From contig CATNEN010000005.1 of NCBI GenBank assembly GCA_950097015.1, positions 992,001 to 1,056,000 on the forward strand: a stretch of 64,000 nucleotides of DNA, read 5' to 3'. Shown one piece after another: positions 50,671 to 60,850 of this stretch (position 1 is its first letter; each line of letters begins with the position of its first letter). A model generated the notes under the pieces. That model made no database searches and was not told the origin of the DNA. It was given only the letters and a program-made list of their open reading frames with translations. The position numbers and the translations under genes were made by a program. This DNA is from Macrostomum hystrix. Lineage: Eukaryota; Animalia; Platyhelminthes.

Positions 50671-50932
50671 GATGCAGTGGCGTGCTGTCCAGCAGGAGAA
50701 CGGCCGACTGAACCAGCTGTTGGCGCAGTGTCAGGATGAAATCGACTACTTGAAGCGTGAGCGAGAGTCTCTACTGAAAGCGCTCAACGCGATGCAAGCT
50801 GAAGTGCACAGAGGCCATGTTGCAAGACAGCAGAATCAGCATCAGCATCTTTTCTTGCAGCAACAGCAGCAGCAACAGCAACAACAACAGCAACAGCAGC
50901 AGCTTAATCAGCATCGATTCTATCAAGGGTGA
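22921..50932 (+). CDS. BLTP3: Bridge-like lipid transfer protein 3 (UHRF1BP1/UHRF1BP1L/SHIP164 ortholog), 12 exons, 1339 aa
   Basis: Exons: 22921-22979, 25082-25508, 28314-28551, 31795-31985, 32450-32636, 36270-36362, 44432-44749, 44942-45060, 47516-47596, 48077-49882, 49962-50073, 50544-50932. All junctions are GT-AG and phases are consistent (4020 nt). The chorein-N-type start reads ILKYLSKFAKNLSPEQLKLSFIRGEGELTNLELD...LLDLPAWL...WTKLK..PLCLRLD. Further family motifs are KYGFADKVIDGM, FKEMVWDTTRIEA, LLLDDLLWVLT, DVAETSYH, GAIQL and TQFYYP, with a C-terminal coiled coil. Confidence 0.92.
24122..24352 (+). mobile_element. tRNA-derived SINE (family 1), apparently full length
   Basis: Head gtagcccaatgg...gagttcgattct (A/B boxes), core GTCCATGGAC and a (TATC)n tail. 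Confidence 0.65.
24510..24874 (+). mobile_element. tRNA-derived SINE (family 2)
   Basis: A box tggcagagcgg, B box agttcgattcc and an A-rich tail ctaataataaaaaa. The internal segment gtgtgctcaggagtcagcg...gggcagaattgcc is also found at ~15405-15445. Confidence 0.58.
26488..26733 (+). repeat. Minisatellite, 20-bp unit GTGAAGTGACAGGTAGGGCA (BLTP3 intron 2)
   Basis: About 12 tandem units. Confidence 0.95.
27300..28297 (+). repeat. (CACTCATT/TTCA)n compound microsatellite (BLTP3 intron 2)
   Basis: 8-bp/4-bp units with block duplications. It ends just before the exon 3 acceptor. Confidence 0.95.
29270..30075 (+). repeat. GA-rich minisatellite, 16-bp unit GAGAGATGAGACACGG (BLTP3 intron 3)
   Basis: Tandem units. 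The same unit family occurs inside the MITE at 56499-56923. Confidence 0.93.
30590..31754 (+). repeat. Minisatellite, 20-bp unit AAACCTGTTAGACACATTTG (BLTP3 intron 3)
   Basis: About 58 units with recurring variant blocks. Confidence 0.96.
32715..34626 (+). repeat. Minisatellite, 20/22-bp unit CACAGTCCTGTCTAACA(CA)TGT (BLTP3 intron 5)
   Basis: About 88 tandem units. Confidence 0.97.
35340..36120 (+). repeat. Pyrimidine-rich 7-bp repeat (TCCTCTA)n (BLTP3 intron 5)
   Basis: Tandem 7-mers with variants. Confidence 0.95.
36440..39370 (+). repeat. Minisatellite, 24-bp unit GAATCCCAAGTTCTTAATGATCCC (BLTP3 intron 6)
   Basis: About 120 tandem units; the longest array in the window. Confidence 0.98.
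40117..40604 (+). repeat. Minisatellite, 20-bp unit TAACAGCTGGACTCAATATC
   Basis: About 24 tandem units. Confidence 0.96.
41180..41642 (+). repeat. Minisatellite, 20-bp unit ATCGATCGATTTCTGGATTT
   Basis: About 23 degenerate units, rich in CpG and GATC. Confidence 0.93.
42236..42975 (+). repeat. Minisatellite, 23-bp unit GGTCACTCTACCAGATATTATTT grading into GGTCACTCTATTAGATACACTAT
   Basis: About 32 units. The unit type switches at ~42530. Confidence 0.95.
46292..46665 (+). repeat. 71-72-bp tandem repeat containing GTCACGTGAC (BLTP3 intron 8)
   Basis: About 5 units. Confidence 0.93.
47600..48062 (+). repeat. Minisatellite, 17-bp unit GTTCACAAGTTCACTCT filling BLTP3 intron 9
   Basis: About 27 units between the donor at 47597 and the acceptor at 48076. 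Confidence 0.96.
50191..50263 (-). mobile_element. tRNA-like SINE head / pseudo-tRNA
   Basis: GGGACTGCAGCCAAGTAA...TCTGACTTATGATTGGA...GGGCTCGATTCCC. The anticodon arm is plausible but the acceptor stem pairs poorly. Confidence 0.45.
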
Positions 50933-53544
50933 TTGATCTGCGACATCTCCTATTTGGATTGTTAGAAAAAAAGTATAAATGTTCCATAGAGATTTATATT
51001 TTATTCTTTAAATACTTACGTATTCAGTTGGTGGTTTATCTGTGGTTCATTATCAGACTATATACATATGTTTAATAATGGCTTTAAATATTATTGGAAT
51101 GCAAGCGAATCTAGTCAAATTATATGACTGGTTTTTGCATTGTTTCGCATGTTTACTTTTAGTCTTTAATCTTAAATTATTGTTTTAAACTAATTAACTT
51201 GACTAACTGTAACAAAGTTTAAATCAGCAGATAAATATTTAACTTCAATCCAGTCGGCTTTTTTTTGCCTTTTTTGCTTCTCTGCTTGCTTTTCTATTTT
51301 TTCTTCAAGTGGCTAATTATCTTTGTTCTTTCTTTAGAAGCGTAATTTATTTGATGTTCTAGTCCAGTTTACTTTTTTGTTTTTATCTCGATTATTTTTC
51401 GAGTCTTTAAAAAGCCAGTATGCATCGCTCCGCTCTACATTCGAACAACTAGGCTACAACTATTTTTAATATATTATATTGTTATTTTGTTGTATTGTTA
51501 TTGTTTACTCGTGTTAGTGTCCATACAATATTGAATAAGCCTTAATTGTCTGCTGTTTCTATTTCATAGCTTTTTAAATGGTATTAATTGTCTTGTGTTT
51601 TTGCTCTTTTGTTCTAAACTGTATTATGCTAAAAAATTGGCGTCATTCGTTTGTCTTAATAACTTGGTATAAATAAATTTTCAGGAAGATTTTTTAAATC
51701 GAAATATTTCAAGGAAACACATTAGTTCCCTTTAACAAAACTGAATGACGCCATTGTGGCAGGATAAAACCTCCCTTGCTACTCGTGTCGTATCTGCTAT
51801 TCGCTTAATTGCAATATATTTATTTATTGTGTCACATTTTGTTTTATTACACTCTCTATGGTAATAATCGGTTTCTGTGTGTCTATTTGCCAACTCGCCT
51901 TAACTTATTAAGTGATATAATGTGAATTGCTTTTAGTCTGAATAAAAAATTGAAGCTAGTATTTTTGTTATAGTGCTTTGACGTTTTGGTCACTTTTTAC
52001 TTGGTCTGTGATCATTCGATTTGACTAAAGTTCAACAGTGCATATTAGGCTAACCTTAAATATTTATTACATTTACGTGTATAATTAATAATAAGCGAAT
52101 TTATAGTTTATCACATAAACTGCAAATTATACAGTCTTGATAAACTTGGTTGTCCTTCTGTCTGCTTTTCTATTTTTTGGTAATGATATTCTTATAATAT
52201 ATTATTTCTTTTTTATTTATAAGTGTTTAATTATAACTCAGCTGTTTTGCATTTCTCGATATAATTGTACTTTTTATTCTCGATCACATATATACAGCAC
52301 ATTATGAAATACTCTTGATTTATCTTGTAACGTGTTTTGTGCCTATTTCTGTGTTTAAGTATATTCAAACTAAAAGATTGGCCGAATGGAAAAAGGTGTG
52401 TTTTAATTTGTGCGTGAATCGACAAAATCATCATGAATGCTCGTACATACGGAATATACATTTGGGTTTACTATGAAGTTAGGGAATGTACGATAAGATG
52501 TATTAAGCTAAGGGATGTACATTATTTTGCACTGATAGGGTTATGCGCAGCGATGTACAACACATGTCTCAGTAATCAGTATATGTTTTACAATTTTTAC
52601 TTTTAAATTAAGGCTATAGCTTTTGTTACATGAATTATGCTGGTTATATCGTGTTTATTCCTAAATGTTAGCACATTTTTATTTACACATTCGATGCATT
52701 AAAATATGCACTATAAATTCTTCCTTATTGGCTGATTTTGCTTTCGGATATTATCTTTGAATCAAAATCCATTGTTTTGAATTATTCCTTGTGCAATTAA
52801 CTACTACGTCTTCTTAAACGTTATAACAAAAACTGAATAAAATTCAAAGCCAAATAAAATCCATCACAACTGTGTCAGTAGAATATAAATAAGCAGGCGG
52901 GAATTATTCAAGGTTTCTTAATCGTCTGCAAAACTTAAAAAATAAATTACTCTGAAATGAACGGTATTACTACGCGAGTTCATTTGTAATTTTTCGGACT
53001 TTTGACTTAAATGGCTTAAAAAACTAAATATAAATATGCATATACTGGGTTAATTAAACTGAAAAGTTCATAAACTGTATTGTTCATAAAACAGTACTTT
53101 CATCTTACATTGGTTTATTAAAAAAGCCGTGTATAATAGACTACTCCAGCTCGCATGACGAAGAACAAAAACAATTCGTTTAAAAGCATTTCACACAATG
53201 AATAGATAAAGGGCCGCATGCACATTCATGGTTGAGGCTGATAAGCAAAATACAATATAGTCACTGCTTTTTATTCTGTATCTTGTAGCTATTGCTTTAA
53301 GTGTACCACTTTGTTGACGTCAGTATACGACGCACTGGAATTCCAGATCGTTCGGTTTTCAGTCCTTAAAATTCTAGTTAGCTGCTCGGCTTAGTTTTTC
53401 AATATAAAATTTACGTGGTCTCACCCAGGTACTCAGGGCTTAAAGGTAGCTAATGAGAACAATTATTTAACTGGACAGGTGATAACTTGTATCTGTGAGT
53501 TAAAACAGAAAAGACAGACTATAAACTGCTAGATAGGGACTTAG

Positions 53545-53945
53545 TGAGACAGGCAGTGAGAAAAATTGTTGGACAAACAGAGAAATACATTGAGACACAT
53601 GCAGTGAGGGACATTGTGAGACAGGCAACGATAGACATTGTGAGACAGGCAGAGAGAGACATTGTGAGACAGGCAGAGATAGACATTGTGAGACAGGCAA
53701 AGATAGACATTGTGAGACAGGCAAAGATAGACATTGTGAGACAGGCAACGATAGACATTGTGAGACAGGCAAAGATAGACATTGTGAGACAGGCAACGAT
53801 AGACATTGTGGGACAGGCAACGATAGACATTGTCAGACAGGCAGTGATAGACATTGTGAGACAGGCAAAGATAGACATTGTGAGACAGGCAGTGATAGAC
53901 ATTGTGGGACAGGCAGTGAGCTGTGTTATTGTGAGACAGGCAGAG
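53545..53945 (+). repeat. Minisatellite, 24-bp unit GTGAGACAGGCAAAGATAGACATT
   Basis: About 16 units. Confidence 0.95.
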
Positions 53946-54589
53946 ATTGAAAGACATTTTTGTTTTCATTTTTAATTTGGTGTACTTTGCAAGTGTCCAG
54001 AAAATGTTAGATAAACAAAGTTACATTGCACAATCTACAAAAATGCAAAAACATGCCTCTCTAGATTACAGCAGGTCAAAAAAAAGTTTTTTTCAATTAT
54101 ACTTTTTCATTTAACAAAAGAAATCGTCAGCGCTACGTACGCGTCTCAACGGTGCTTTCTTTCACAACTCACACCCACTTTCCTATCAACTCTTATAAGC
54201 TATATATACAGGTTTTTTTCCTTCTGTCTCTGTTTTACTTTGGAATGTTGACCCTGTTCTGCTCAGAATTCTCTGACGTGCATTCGAAACGCTATATTTG
54301 ACAACTTTCACATAACTATGTACTATGTACTAGTTTCATTGTACAGCTGTGTCCGACTTTCCAAGAAAGCTACGAGCGTAGTCTTTCTCTTTTGAGCTAT
54401 ATTTGCTTGTGATGTATTTTAATTGCTTCTACTCAAAAAACTGTTTAAAATAGAGTATTGAAAATTCAGTACTCAATGACACATCGACTAGACATCCATT
54501 TTTGCATTTTGAAGACTTTTTAGAGGACATACGAAGTATTTTTTCAGACAAATCAACGCTTGAAAAGATATTTCACTTCCGATCGAAAT

Positions 54590-55922
54590 CATGTCGCAAT
54601 TCCGACATCACGACGCTTCCGACATAATTTTGCTTCAGACATCATGTCACTTCCGACATAATTTCGCTTCCAAACTCAACGTCGCTTCCACATTTAATGT
54701 GTCGCTCCAAACTCAATGTCGCTTTCAAACTTAATGTCGCTTTCAAACTTAATGTCGCTTCCACACTCAATGTCGCTTCCAAACTCAATGTCGCTTTCAA
54801 ACTCAATGTCGCTTTCAAACTCAATGTCGCTTTCAAACTCAATGTCGCTTTCAAACTTAATGTCGCTTCCAAACTCAATGTCGCTTTCAAACTCAATGTC
54901 AATTCCACACTCAATGTCGCTTAAAAACTCAATGTCGCTTCAAAACTCAATGTCGCTTCAAAACTCAATGTCGCTTCAAAACTCAATGTCGCTTCAAAAC
55001 TCAATGTCGCTTCAAAACTCAATGTCGCTTCAAAACTCAATGTCGCTTTCAAACTCAATGTCGCTTTCAAACTCAATGTCGCTTTCAAACTCAATGTCGC
55101 TTTCAAACTCAATGTCGCTTTCAAACTCAATGTCGCTTTCAAACTCAATGTCGCTTTCAAACTTAATGTCGCTTCCAAACTCAATGTCGCTTTCAAACTC
55201 AATGTCAATTCCACACTCAATGTCGCTTAAAAACTCAATGTCGCTTTCAAACTCAATGTCGCTTTCAAACTCAATGTCGCTTTCAAACTCAATGTCGCTT
55301 TCAAACTCAATGTCGCTTTCAAACTTAATGTCGCTTCCAATGTCGCTTTCAAACTCAATGTCGCTTCCACACTCAATGTCGCTTTCAAACTCAATGTCGC
55401 TTCAAAACTCAATGTCGCTTCAAAACTCAATGTCGCTTTCAAACTCAATGTCGCTTTCAAACTCAATGTCGCTTTCAAACTCAATGTCAATTCCACACTC
55501 AATGTCGCTTAAAAACTCAATGTCGCTTTCAAACTCAATGTCGCTTCAAAACTCAATGTCGCTTCAAAACTCAATGTCGCTTCAAAACTCAATGTCGCTT
55601 TCAAACTCAATGTCGCTTTCAAACTCAATGTCGCTTTCAAACTCAATGTCGCTTTCAAACTCAATGTCGCTTTCAAACTTAATGTCGCTTCCAAACTCAA
55701 TGTCGCTTTCAAACTCAATGTCGCTTCCACACTCAATGTCGCTTTCAAACTCAATGTCGCTTCAAAACTCAATGTCGCTTAAAAACTCAATGTCGCTTCA
55801 AAACTCAATGTCGCTTCCAAACTCAATGTCGCTTCCAAACTCAATGTCGCTTCCAAACTCAATGTCGCTTCCACACTCAATGTCGCTTCCACACTCAATG
55901 TCGCTTCCAAACTCAATGTAGC
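54590..55922 (+). repeat. Minisatellite, 18-bp unit AAACTCAATGTCGCTTTC
   Basis: About 72 units with block duplications. Confidence 0.97.
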
Positions 55923-56498
55923 TTAAAATGTCCAAACATTACGTCGCAACTAACCTCGTTCAAGAAGGCACCTTAAAATGAATATTTTATACATTTTTTA
56001 GATAGACACAGTAATATTGCAAACATAAAACTGTACTTCTTACACAGAAACCATTTATATGCCGATAAAGCAAAACTGATTATAGCTAGTAAGTCACCAA
56101 ATTCAAAAGAAGCATTCAAAACTAAAAGTTATATATTACACCTGCGAGAGCACAGTTTATGTACACGTCTGGTCTGCTGCTTTCTGTGTCGCAATGCTGG
56201 AATATATTCACAATTCAAAGCAAACATGCAGACAAGTGAAAGAAGTAACTAGATCAATCGAATACATTTTGATATTGGCAGGAATTTTAGTCAAATAATC
56301 ATTTCAACATTAAATTAAAACAAAATTTGAAATGCCAACTTTAACAACACTTGTTATTTAAGCAATTTTCGAAACTAGCTACAGGTAACAAAACACAATC
56401 TTCCTCTAGAAGAAGCAACTTCACTAGATCTTGTTGCCTGCACTGTTAGAATATAAACATAGGTTGTAATGTTTTGTAGGCAAGTTATTACTGAGTCT

Positions 56499-56923
56499 AA
56501 GGAGTCGGCAACCTTTTATTGAGTGCCTGACGACCAAGGACAAAATCCGAACGACTAGCGACAGCGGGCCGGATTGGCAGTGGAGAGGTGAGACACGAGA
56601 GGGATTAGACACAAGAGGTGAGACACGGGACGGGAGAGAACACGGGAGAGATGAGACACGGGAGAGAGGAGACGCAAGAGAGATTAGACACGGGAGAGAT
56701 GAGACACGGGAGAGAGGAGACACGGGAGAGAACACGGGAGAGATGAGACACGGGAGAGATGAGACACGGGAGAGAGGAGACGCAAGAGAGATTAGACACG
56801 GGAGAGATGAGAGAGTGGAGACATGAGACAGAGGAGAGACACGGCAGAGATAGATGAAAGAGGACGGATTAGAGAGCTTTGCGAGTCGCATCTTAGCCAT
56901 GGTCTTAAGGTTGTCGACCCCGG
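56499..56923. mobile_element. hAT-type MITE carrying an internal GA-rich minisatellite
   Basis: The ends aaggagtcggcaacct and aggttgtcgaccccgg resemble the CAGGGGTCGGCAACCT-type hAT TIR. There is an internal gcgggccggat motif and a minisatellite at ~56590-56850. No intact 8-bp TSD is visible. Confidence 0.55.
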
Positions 56924-57164
56924 CATCAGAAGATAGACTTGATTAACAAACATCTAAACAGTGTTAATCAATAAACTAATGCTATTTTAAAAGAAACGGA
57001 AATTGATAATATTTCGCTTATAAAATGTGTTAAGGTGTTTATAAAATCCCACGAAAAGCAACCCTACTGAACTGAATTCATGGATCAGGATCAAGAATAG
57101 CTAATTACTAAAGCTAAATAGAATGAAACCAATAAACAGTAAAATCAATACGTCCATATCTAGA

Positions 57165-58020
57165 ATCCTACAATCTATCTAGAATCCTACAATCTATCTA
57201 GAATCCTACAATCTATCTAGAATCCAACAAAAGTCCCTATCTATTATCCTACAATCGATTTCTACAATCCTACAATACCTATCCTGAATCCTACAATCCC
57301 TTTCTACAATCCGCTTCCAATCCCTATCTATAATCCTACAATCCCTATCTTTAATCCTACAATACCTATCCTAAATCCTACAATCCCTTTCTACAATCCT
57401 ACAATACCTATCCTGAATCCTAAAATCCCTCTCTACAATCCTACAATACCTATTTTGAATCCTACAATCCCTTTCTACAATCCTACAATCCCTATCCATA
57501 ATCCTACAATCCCTATCTATAATCCTACAATCCCTTTCTATAATCCTACAATACCTATCTATAATCCTACAATCCCTTTCTACAATCCTACAATACCAAT
57601 CCTGAATCCTACAATCCCTTTCTACAATCCGCTTCCAATCCCTATCTATAATCCTACAATCCCTATCTTTAATCCTACAATACCTATCCTGAATCCTAGA
57701 ATACCTATCCTGAATCCTACAATCCCTTTCTACAATCCTACAATACCTATCCATAATCCTACAATCCCTATCTATAATCCTACAATCCCTTTCTATAATC
57801 CTACAATCCCTATCTATAATCCTACAATCCCTTTCTATAATCCAACAATCCCTTTCTATAATCCTACAATCCCTATGTTATAATCCTAAAATTCCAATCT
57901 AGAATCCCACAATCCCTATCTAAAATCCTACAATCCCTATCTTTAATTCTACAATACCTATCCTGAATCCTAAAATCCCAATCTAGAATCCTGAAATCCC
58001 TATCAAGAATCCTAGAAACG
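57165..58020 (+). repeat. Minisatellite, ~21-bp unit AATCCTACAATCCCTATCTAT
   Basis: About 40 degenerate units ending ~120 bp from the SQSTM1 stop codon. Confidence 0.94.
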
Positions 58021-58138
58021 CTAAATCTAGAACATTGTGATTAAAAAGATCTTAAGTCCTAAAATCCAGAACTTGCCTACTGAAATACAAATAAGACTTG
58101 CAACCAGACATAGACAAGTTTTTAATAGGTCCCACAAA

Positions 58139-59809
58139 TCAATTCTGCCTCAACTCGTCCAACACTCGTGAGATATCGCCGTTAGCAGCCAGCAATAGTT
58201 GGCCCAATCTGCCATCTTCATCAGTGAATCCCATGCCTCTCATTTGTTCCAGCGATCTGGCCACATTCTCTGGCAGATGCTGAGTCATTGGCGGTCTCCG
58301 TTGCAGCGGCGGCGGCGGCGGAGGAGGTTGCAACGGTGGCGGAGCTTGAGAAGGCGGCTGCGGCGAGACAACGGCTTGTTCGTCCGTAGCCATCGCCGAA
58401 GATTCTTCGTCGGCGTCGCCTTCTCCCGGGTCAGCCGAAGCACCAGCCGACGGAATGGCGTGATGATGATAGGACACTTCAATGCCCAATGGCTGCAGCA
58501 GAGCGTTAAGGGAATTGCTCATGTTGTGCACAAAGTTGATTATGGATTCCTGATTTGTGGCTTCGGGTTCGCCGACACCGCCGCAGTCGACGAAGCTTTC
58601 AGCGGCACCGATGCCAGCCAGGCTTGAGGCGACAGAATCGCGGCGAAGCATGCCAGAAGCCGAAGATGGACAACGATTGTAGTCCAGTGCGGCTTCGGAG
58701 AATGGGCAAGGAGCCAGCGGCGGCTGCGGCGGCTGTTGCTGATGATGCTGACGATGAAGCACCTTCATAGCGGCGGCTTCCAGTTGCCGCAGAATTCGCA
58801 TGCAATCGTCTGTTGGCAGGCTGGCGCAGTCGCCGATGCCGGAAGCGCCGGCGACGCTGCCGACTCCGCTGCCGAGGTCGCGTTGATCACCACCCTGACG
58901 GCACCTCCGGGCCCACTGGCTGCGATTCCATTTGCTCAGCTTGCAGATGAAAGGGTCTCTCGGCCGGCGTAGCATGATCATGGGATGCTCGCAGTGCCGA
59001 TTGATCACAACGCAATGACAGCAGAGGTCAAAGTCGGCGCAGATGACGCACTTGAATCGATAGCCTCGTACCGGCTGATTGCAGCCGTCGCAGATCACAT
59101 CGGGATGAGTAACACTATTCTTCGAGGCTGGGATTAGCGGCGATGGACAGCTGATGTAAACGCGCAGTGTTGCGTCATCTGCGTTGCCAGGAGCAATGGA
59201 TGAAGCGGCTGCGGCTGCCGCAGCTGAAGCGAAGCTCAAAGCGTTGGACAATTCTTCGTCGGTTGAAAATGTGATTCTCTCGCCTTCAGAATCTGGGCGG
59301 TCAGTTTAGTTATCAAGAGAGAATTTTATTATTAAAAAAACTAGCTGTACATCTGTTCAGTCCATGGACTCGAGGAAGGCAACCACACCCACCAAAATTT
59401 CTGCTCCTGGCCCTGCTAATCCAATGCTGCTAACCATTTCTCAGCTGTGGTAACTGAAGCAATGTGGAAATAATTATCTAGCTAAGGACTAGCTCAATAA
59501 TCGCTATTTAGGCTGAGATTCGAACTCTCGATCTCTCGGTCAGAATTGCGAAAATCTAACTACTGGGCTACAATTTATATTATATATATAATTTATATTT
59601 ATATTTATATAATAAAACTTACCTAGCCATTGAGTTCGCACATTTTGAGACTTGTCTAAATCAAACAGTGAGCGAACTTTTTCGACTAGATTGGTAATAC
59701 TCGGCGGGGAAGATAAAGAAAATCGACGAATTTCTGCGACTCTCTCGTCCTTGTCAAGATAGTAAGCCTTGATGGAGACTCTGGCCATTTGGCTTTGACA
59801 TTCCATCAT
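58139..59809 (-). CDS. SQSTM1: Sequestosome-1/p62 (Ref(2)P-like) autophagy receptor; 2 exons (59809-59623, 59292-58139), ~446 aa
   Basis: PB1 domain (SIKAYY...EIRRFS...WL|DSEGERITFSTDEEL), ZZ finger (HPDVICDGC...GYRFKCVICADFDLC), the conserved FVHNMSNSLNALLQPLGIEV segment and a UBA domain (SLEQMRGMGFTDEDGRLGQLL..ANGDISRVLD). The phase-1 GT-AG intron spans 59293-59622. Confidence 0.93.
59345..59571 (-). mobile_element. tRNA-derived SINE (family 1) in the SQSTM1 intron
   Basis: The head gtagcccagtagtta...gagttcgaatctcagcc matches the 24122 copy. The core GTCCATGGAC is at ~59360. Confidence 0.62.
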
Positions 59810-60850
59810 GTTTGCGGCTATCGGCGCTGCTCTTTGCTGAAGTGAGCAAGTTTCCTTCAGCGGACTCTGGCCGGTGCGCTCAGTGATGGAGGCTTGAAGA
59901 AACATAAAAGTATGAGTTATGAGAACACACGTGTCTCCCAGTTACTTGTCTACTAATAACTACAGTAAAACACCTATTTATACAAGAAAATTGCTCTATA
60001 GGTTAGTAGCTAAGCTCTAGAGTAAGCTTATGCACAAGATAAAAAGCTATGTATGTGAAACGTTGAAGTGACGTTGACTTGCATAGTAAGCGCCAGGGGT
60101 TTGGGGTGGAATGGAAGAAAGGTTATGGAAAATAAGGGCAGTTGTCTAAAAATAGAAATCTTGTACATACTTCTATGTACAAGATATATATGGAAATGTA
60201 TGGAGAGAAATGGGGCTGGAATTGAAATAGAGACGTATAGAAAGACGCGGTTTTGAATTTGGTAAGAGGCGGGTGGGGTGGGGTTTGATGTACAATTGAT
60301 TTTCTACCCTCCCTTCCCTCTTCCCCTCTATCCGGAATTCTATCTTTTTCTGAGTGCACTCCCCCTAACATGCAGAGACCTACGGCCACATCCACTTGTC
60401 CCCTTGTAACCCACGCTTCCTCGCCAGTCTTATACTGCCTTGGGTTAGTGGCCACCCTCCTCCATACGGCTTTAAATCGCACGAGTCACGGCTTCATTCA
60501 TTTACTTTACTACTTGCTCCAACCAAACCAAAGACAAAGTCCACGAATTTTCTAGTAAGTTTGGCATTTGTTTCTCTATTATAATTTTTTATGTGTGTCA
60601 CTGTGTGTATCTACTCGTCATGTTAACACGATGTTTTAAATGGTCAATTTTTACCGTTCCCATTTCACACGCATCATCAACCTTCATCAATGAACCAATT
60701 GAACATCGGTGTACAGTGATCAGTACCCTAGCCTTGCTAGCCGGAAGAGCTCATCTGCGTTGTTGTTGCCTTCACAGCTTTCAGAGCCTCCCAACAGCAG
60801 CAGCAGCAGCCTATTCCTCTTTCTCGGCTTCATCAGGACCAGCAAAATCG

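Noticed and set aside
2837-57883. Long ORFs made of repeated peptides (e.g. 5071-6061, 35307-36162, 36425-39472, 54716-55921, 57455-57883)
   Set aside because: They are translations of minisatellite units that lack stop codons. They lie in introns or intergenic DNA and have no unique coding flanks.
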